A DNA stretch of 59,490 nt, filler included, from Dugesia japonica (lineage: Eukaryota): the NCBI GenBank assembly GCA_001938525.1. It is 4 parts of 4 records of this genome, joined end to end, with 100 filler letters (N's around TTAATTAATTAA, not from the genome) between each part and the next. Parts side by side here need not be neighbours in the genome. Positions count along the whole stretch, not along the records: positions 43,557 to 59,490 come from MQRL01636845.1; 3 more parts are not named here. One strand, given 5' to 3'. Positions within the stretch are counted from its first letter, which is position 1; every line of letters starts with the position of its first letter. Shown here one piece after another: positions 53,601 through 59,490 of the stretch. The notes beneath the pieces were generated by a model, which saw only the letters and a list, made by a program, of their open reading frames with translations, ran no database searches and had not been told where the DNA came from. The position numbers and the translations under genes were made by a program.

Positions 53601-54979
53601 GAATATTGATTGAAAAATTTTCAAAATATAGGGAAAAAATATGAAAATATGATGAAAAACCCCGTATACATAATTTTAGTTGTGTATTTGTCTGAAGGAA
53701 ATAACGCTTCAATTCAACTAAATATTAAAAAACCAATGAATTGAAAGTTATAAAGATATTATTAAAGTAAATAAATGACTAAATTTTAAATAGAACATTA
53801 ATTAAAATTTTTCGATTGCAAATATTATTTTGTACTGTAAGAAATTAGAGTTGAGCATAAAATTAAACTTTGAATTTCGTAAAATTTGAAATTATATGGA
53901 ATTTATTATTAATCTGCTACAAACATGTAAAAATTGTGAATATTGGAAACTACTAATGAAGTAGGAGAATAAAAAAAATCTAAATACATAATTTCCTAAG
54001 TCTCTATGCAAATTTGTTGTTACGCTCGAGTTATGGAGTTTTTCCAAAATTTTTTAAAAATTTTAATAGTTATATAGTATTTTTTCAGACCATTATGGAA
54101 TTTTTAAACTTTTCACTTACAAATCGTGATTTTTGACGGGCGATACCCTAGTCTTTTAATATTTTCTTTCAATTTTTCAAATAAACTTAGATCTTTAGTT
54201 GAAAAATAAAATTACTTACCTAATTCATTAGTAACAGCAGGAAATCTTGCCCCTTCAAATCCAAACATCTTGGAGTTTTGATGAGCCATAGATAACTGAT
54301 CTAATCGTTTCTGTAGCATAGATTTAACAGATTCTGGATTCATAAATGTTTGATAGCCCATCATCCATAATTCCTGACTGTATTCGATTCTTCCGTTACA
54401 ATTCACTTGCTATAGTGTATAACTGTAAATTTCTTTACAGAAAAATTTTTAAAAAAACCAATAAATTCAAATTTAGTCGAGTAAAGAAAAATACCAATTC
54501 ACATGAAGTGCAAGTTTTTTAAAATATATAATTATTAAATTATTTCATGTAAATTTTATACTATGAAAATATTGGTTGCAAAAAATTAATGATATGAATT
54601 AATGTTCAGCAAATTATAAAAGTGCAGTGTAAAACATTAAAAGAAAACAAAATGTTTGCTAAATAAAAAAATAATTAAAAACTTAAAGTTAAATTAAATA
54701 AATTTAGAATGGAAAATAAAATCTATAAAGCGTAAAATACCATTCCGGATCCAACACCTTGGTTAGACATAACTCCTAATCCTGAAGCTCCCATTGCTCC
54801 AGTTTTGTCTGACCTACCGAAACTTGGTGAATTAGTAATTAGTAGATATTGAGCCGATATTAATGGTACATCTAATTCATCAGACATTTTCATAAATATA
54901 CCACTATATGCCCATATATAATTCCATGTATATGTATGATTCGAATAAAGTTCATTTTCATGTTCCATTAATGAGATAC
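44328..54979 (-). CDS. PGGHG: Glycoside hydrolase family 65, PGGHG/ATHL1-like protein (six exons; 5' part not found); catalytic residues appear lost
   Basis: Exons 54979-54741, 54409-54220, 50415-50230, 47272-46938, 44871-44743 and 44693-44328 join through GT..AG with matching phases and no stops. Product is colinear with PGGHG: LYSNHTYTWNYIW, NGRIEYSQELWM, GFEGARFP, YWLS, IEIPFD...FNPPYE, FK|IWS, SVLYGILGLRI. Confidence 0.85.
44743..44871 (-). CDS. PGGHG: PGGHG-like exon
   Basis: tcacag|CGA...AAA|gttag; RIINNPSPMALSTLLIG...NNTFK. Confidence 0.82.
46000..46480. repeat. Imperfect inverted repeat (MITE/foldback) in a PGGHG-like intron
   Basis: ~46001-46145 is an imperfect reverse complement of ~46322-46480. 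Confidence 0.6.
46938..47272 (-). CDS. PGGHG: PGGHG-like exon
   Basis: atttag|GT...AAA|gtatgt; SVGPSNLLSNVKKSVFN...IEIPFDKMNNFNPPYE...RNVEVYEK. Confidence 0.88.
47472..47630. repeat. Foldback hairpin with ~70-bp arms
   Basis: ...ttttccaaaaaacgtttt...gaatttatcttcttcag / ctgaagaagataaattc...aaaacgttttttggaaaa. Confidence 0.85.
47889..47923 (+). ncRNA. Minimal type I hammerhead ribozyme
   Basis: AAATC CTGACGA A GAC-AAG-GTC GAAA TA TC GATTT: CUGANGA and GAAA boxes, stem II GAC/GTC, stem I AAATC/GATTT, AUC cleavage triplet. Confidence 0.7.
48500..50110 (+). mobile_element. Polinton remnant in a PGGHG-like intron: packaging ATPase, integrase, chromodomain, minor capsid
   Basis: Walker A GHSGSGKT (~48540); KTFGIDDL...YILKCIDVY; YKVKWHGYEKLTWI; MNTTNNFY...IHPNN...WEVALLDY. 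Confidence 0.88.
50230..50415 (-). CDS. PGGHG: PGGHG-like exon
   Basis: tttaag|GA...TTT A|gtaagt; EELCSQDLCRNIHFPTGMIALALKHYLMITGD...YWLS. Confidence 0.85.
51190..51900 (-). mobile_element. RLE-type non-LTR retrotransposon RT fragment
   Basis: QDCPLSILLFN, LAYADDIVMI and FAYLG motifs. Confidence 0.85.
51921..53113 (-). mobile_element. Mariner transposon with both TIRs and TA TSD, inactive
   Basis: TA-TTAGGTTGGTGCA...TGCACCAACCAAA-TA; ILTSDETW, HDNVRPH, HPSYSPDLA and PSDYYLF across frameshifts. Confidence 0.95.
54220..54409 (-). CDS. PGGHG: PGGHG-like exon
   Basis: ctatag|CAA...TTA G|gtaagt; NGRIEYSQELWMM...GFEGARFP. Confidence 0.88.
54741..54979 (-). CDS. PGGHG: PGGHG-like exon
   Basis: gtgtag|GT ATC...GGA ATG|gtattt; ELYSNHTYTWNYIW...SAQYLLITNSP. 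Confidence 0.85.
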
Positions 54980-56559
54980 CTACACATAAATTAATAATAA
55001 AACAATATTTTCAATCGAAGTATAATTTTATGAATTTATGAATATTTCTTGGTAAATCAAAAATTCATATTAAAATTCAAAATATATATATAATTTTAAT
55101 AAAGTTTTAACTAAACCGTCCTCACTGAATTTTTTAAGCTCAAACTTATGCATATTAATAAGTTATCAGTGTAGTTGATAATCAATAAACATTAGTTTGT
55201 CATCCAATGGGCTTTATTAGCTGTTGTCAAACAATGTTGATTCGTCGTCAATTAAAATTACAAGATATTAAACACATTTCGAAGTTATTTTTTCCAGAAA
55301 AATATTTCAAAAATAAAAGCTTAAAGATTAAATAGTCAAAGATAATTTCTTTATTTTTGCAATGTGTTGTGACTGTAGGTGGATTACGAAAATCTTAACT
55401 ATTTACGTAGTTATTGTGACTTGAAATCGAATAAGCGATGTCGAAATGAAAATAAACAATAAGATCTGTAAATTTATTATAAGTATTAACCTTATAAGCA
55501 ATTTTTCATTATTCGCATGAACAATTTTATATGTTTCACAATGCATTGCAAAGTGGTAAAATAACAGAACATTATAATATTCGCATATTTTCAAATGATT
55601 TCCAATTTCCAGAAATTGTGCTGATTTTCTTCTGGGACATTAATTTCTTTATTAAATTGAACTTTATCAAGTTTTTACAATTCTACTGAATTTTCTAACC
55701 ACTTTCTGTGTTGCAGAATTAATTTTGTCATTTTTAAGATAAATAAATTTCATAAACCTTTTTGATAATTGCTTTCTTTTTGTTTGCAAATCATGATTTT
55801 TGAACATAGTTACTTTATGTTTCTTAACTTATTTCTCCTGGATCTGATTGGATTTTTTTCAAATAAAAAATCAATTAATATTTTTTTTCATTTATTACTT
55901 TCATTATTATTTTCATTAATTAATTATTTTTTCCTGATAAATAAATTATTAGTATTTTTTTCTTTCTTTTCTTTCCAAAAATAAAATCAATGCTTCTTAC
56001 ATACATTTTTATCGGTTTTTAATGATATAAATCAGACCTGGTCAACTTAAATGGCTTCATGCGTCATTTTTTTTATTTTGTAACATTATAACGGACACTT
56101 TAAATAAAAAATGTTTTCTTTAAAAATTTAACAAGTAATAAATATACTAAATCAAAAAAAAATTATTATTAATTCAAATTTAATGTTTGCGCATTATATC
56201 AATTTTCATTTATTAAAATATTTTTACAAAACAAAAATAGTTTCTGAAAAAAATTACGGCGGGCCGCGTGTTGGTGAGGCTTGATATAAATCAATGTTTT
56301 AGAATTACAATTATTGCGAGAATAATACTTCAAGTCTTGTGGTTTACGGATATACACATAGGTAAAATAATAAATAAATGTGGAACAATATCCAGTGCGA
56401 TCATGGAACTCAAGCACGGTAAACATCAAAATCTTGGAAACCAAAAAAATTTAAAAACTAATTACGTTCTGATATCGGATTATATCGAAAACCCGATAAG
56501 ATTCAATAATATACAAACTAGATTACTTATGAAAAGATTCGAATTTCCTTTCAATCATT

Positions 56560-57131
56560 TCGAAAAAACGATAATCCAATAGAAACACTAAAATTATATA
56601 GTAATTTATTCTATTCTATAGTAATATTGATCCAGGACAACTTCCACTCTTATCAAAGAATTTTGCAGAATATGTACAATTAGTTCCGGCAATGATAGAT
56701 GTAGCAGATGAATGGCAAGATTATTTAGACATAGCATCTGGTGAAGTAATCCATGCTAATATCAATGATTTTTGGCGTGCTTTAGAGGACAGATTACCTC
56801 ACTTAACAAATCTTGCTAAAGTATACATAGCGTTGCCAATCTTTTCTGTTGATGCTGAACGCTCATCCTCGAAATATGGATCGGTACTATCGCCACTAAG
56901 GTATTCTCTGTCACAGCAAAATTTAAGAGCCTACAATGCCATTTAATTTAATAATAAATAATTATTGCAATATTTTTTTCATTTAAGTTTGATTTGAGTT
57001 TTTTTGCATTTAATTATATTTCACTGTGAAATTATTACTAATAATTTATTGCGTAAACTAGCACATTACGTCATCTGCAGTATGCCGCGGAATTTAATAA
57101 AATTTTTGCCACGATAAATCGTGGGCCCTAG
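56560..57131 (+). mobile_element. hAT transposase C-terminal dimerisation domain and probable 3' end
   Basis: FWRALEDRLPHLTNLAKVYIALPIFSVDAERSSSKY...R.SL; putative end ...GGGCCCTA near 57130. Confidence 0.85.
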
Positions 57132-58559
57132 TAATTTATATTGTTATACGATTAAAAGAAGAATCATAATAAACAGAAAAAAACAATTAAATAAAATATT
57201 CACAGGAAATTATTTTAATTTATTCAAAACTCAGTTTCTAATAAAATATCAACTAATTTCACTAGAAAATAATATTAAAAGTTATACATTTGTTAACTTT
57301 TAACACAGCTAATTGGATAAGAAAGACAGGAATATTTACCACATGGAATGATTGCTATTCCTGGAGCTACATAATCCAAATGTGTTTTAAATATTAAAAA
57401 AACAAACAATAATCGAACCATATTACATTGTATTTACATAATTCTCAAAGAGACTCTTTCAGACTCCATACAACTATAAATAGAAAGAATGTTTTAACTA
57501 TTGTTTTAAAAAATAAATTAAAAAGAAATTTCGAAAAATAAAATTTTCTTCATTAAAGTTTTGTTTATACAAAGACTTTTTATTTCAAAGTAATATTGTC
57601 TCTTTCACATAATTTCATAATTTTCAATGAAATCTATTCAAATAGAGTTTATAATTTACATAAAATAACTGTTTTATTATTTTTGATTAAATAAATTATT
57701 TTCTGTATGATGAAAATAAATTTGTTTACACAAAGATTTTTTTTCCTCTAATAAGAAACTTTATTAGTATTATTAAATTGTCGATAATAAACATGTAAGA
57801 AATAAGTAATTATAAAATATCAAAACAATAGATAAATAATAAAAAGTAAAAAATAATTTTAAAATAAATTATAAATGTTTTACAATTGCAATTTTGCGAG
57901 AATAATAAAAGTCAATTCCTAACAAAGACAAGCTCAAAATATCGAATTGTTATCCAATATCAATAAATAAAACCAAAAATTTTGATCAAAGCTTTTATAT
58001 TAAATGAATTAAATTATAAATATTTACATTATTTATATTAAATTGTATTTTTTTCAAACTTTTACAAAGTAATGAACGCCATAAAATTTAGCAACTATAG
58101 AAAATAAGAAAAGTATAATTCCATAATTAAAATTTAATTTTAATTAATTGAATTTAATTTGAACATTCTCAGTATTATTTGAAAAGAATAAACTTTCTTT
58201 AATTTAAATTTAAATAAGATTACAAATGTTTTTTAAAATTTCAATTTTCAATATATTAAAATAAATTAAGTGGCTTCAAAATTATTGTAATTAATAATTA
58301 TATCCATATTCATAAGTAGATAATATATATTAATTAAAACACAATAAAATATCAAATTAAACACAATTTTTAATTCTTATTTTACATAATAATTAATAAT
58401 TTTATATGATACAGTTCATACAATATTAATTTTTACTTTTTTTGAAATTGTTGCTAATTTTTAAATATATGGGCAATATTTTTCTGCAATTATTTTTAAT
58501 ATATATTTGTTAAATCTAATACGCAATAAATAATATTCAAAAATTTTATTTATTAACTT

Positions 58560-59080
58560 TTGAAAAATTTATTAATTAATATAATTCAAATTCTAATATA
58601 AAATTCTATAAAATGAAAATTATTCCTAAAATATTTGAAAAATAAATATAAGATACAAGCAGTTTATTCGAGTCCATATCACCACAGTGCTATACTAATA
58701 GTACGACAATTTAGAACAATTAGAGATCGTATAAATATAAATAACGAATAACAAGAACAAAAATTGGTCAGATTTGATTCTGGAAATTGAATTTTCCATG
58801 GATGCTTCAATTTAAAAAACAACAAAAAAGAGAGCAGCCGAACTGGGTTTTGGTTTAAAAATAAACAGAATAGCATTGCATAAAACCTATAAAATGCAAG
58901 GTAGAAATGCTAGTGGAACAGAATTAGTAAAAAAGGATAATCGACATAAAAATGAAAAAAGATGATGGACCGTATAAAGTGACGAAACGAATACATGAAC
59001 GAAGTTAGGAAATTACAGATATAAAGGGTAGAAAATTTATAAGAAATATTGTGTGGCTCAAAAGTTTTAAGAAAGGGGAT
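58560..59080 (+). mobile_element. Gypsy integrase C-terminal fragment with polypurine tract
   Basis: VYSSPYHHSA...RQFRTIRD, DGPYKVTKR (GPY/F motif), AAGAAAGGGGA just before a likely LTR. Confidence 0.8.
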
Positions 59081-59490
59081 TTTGATGATATAATTAATTA
59101 ACTAATTAATTTAAATTATATACGTATTTATATTTGTGTCACATGATTCATATAGTAAGCTCTTCGATAGATATTTAATCTTTCATCTTAATAAAAATGA
59201 AAATTATGATTAATTTAACCTATGATAAATTAAATCATAGATTGAGATTTGATATATATATTGATGAATCAGAAGTGATTCAGTTTTTATTTTTGTTTTT
59301 TAATAAATAAATATAATAATATTTGTATTTCTTGCTGCATGAAAAATTTTATATTATTCCTTTATTACCAGCATCCATAATTTCAGGTTTCAAATCAAAC
59401 AACATTTTGAAAATTTTATAATTTTTCGATTTGGTCTGAAACTTTAACAATCAGTTCCTTTAACAACAATCTTTTCGACAATTGTATAAT

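Noticed and set aside
57330-57480. Candidate upstream exons of the PGGHG-like gene
   Set aside because: Splice-like signals exist, but there is no convincing homology or unique frame.

Overview
Very AT-rich animal genomic DNA with short GT-AG introns, many N gaps and three artificial TTAATTAATTAA scaffold linkers. Most of the window is decayed transposons: Polinton/Maverick pieces (integrase, packaging ATPase, major and minor capsid, pPolB, AGTAGT-ended TIRs), two mariners, Gypsy fragments, RLE-type non-LTR fragments, a Penelope GIY-YIG fragment, a hAT remnant and MITE-like repeats. One intact-looking host gene was reconstructed by hand on the minus strand (six exons, 44328-54979): a GH65/PGGHG (ATHL1)-like protein in which all three catalytic carboxylates appear to be replaced. 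The most unusual feature is a family of elements at about 21.6-33.5 kb and 36.5-38.4 kb. They end in TGTTGGG/CCCAACA-like termini, several of which abut (AAT)n, and carry ordered arrays of tiny ORFs. Most ORFs start at a splice acceptor (usually AG|TG, possibly a split A|TG start codon) and several are followed by AATAAA. The products include coiled-coil proteins with a conserved dynein-LC8 motif (DKSTQT) and SIM-like tails. A dispersed ~200-bp repeat carries a minimal hammerhead ribozyme, intact at 47889-47923. All alignments and translations were done by eye; no database search was run.
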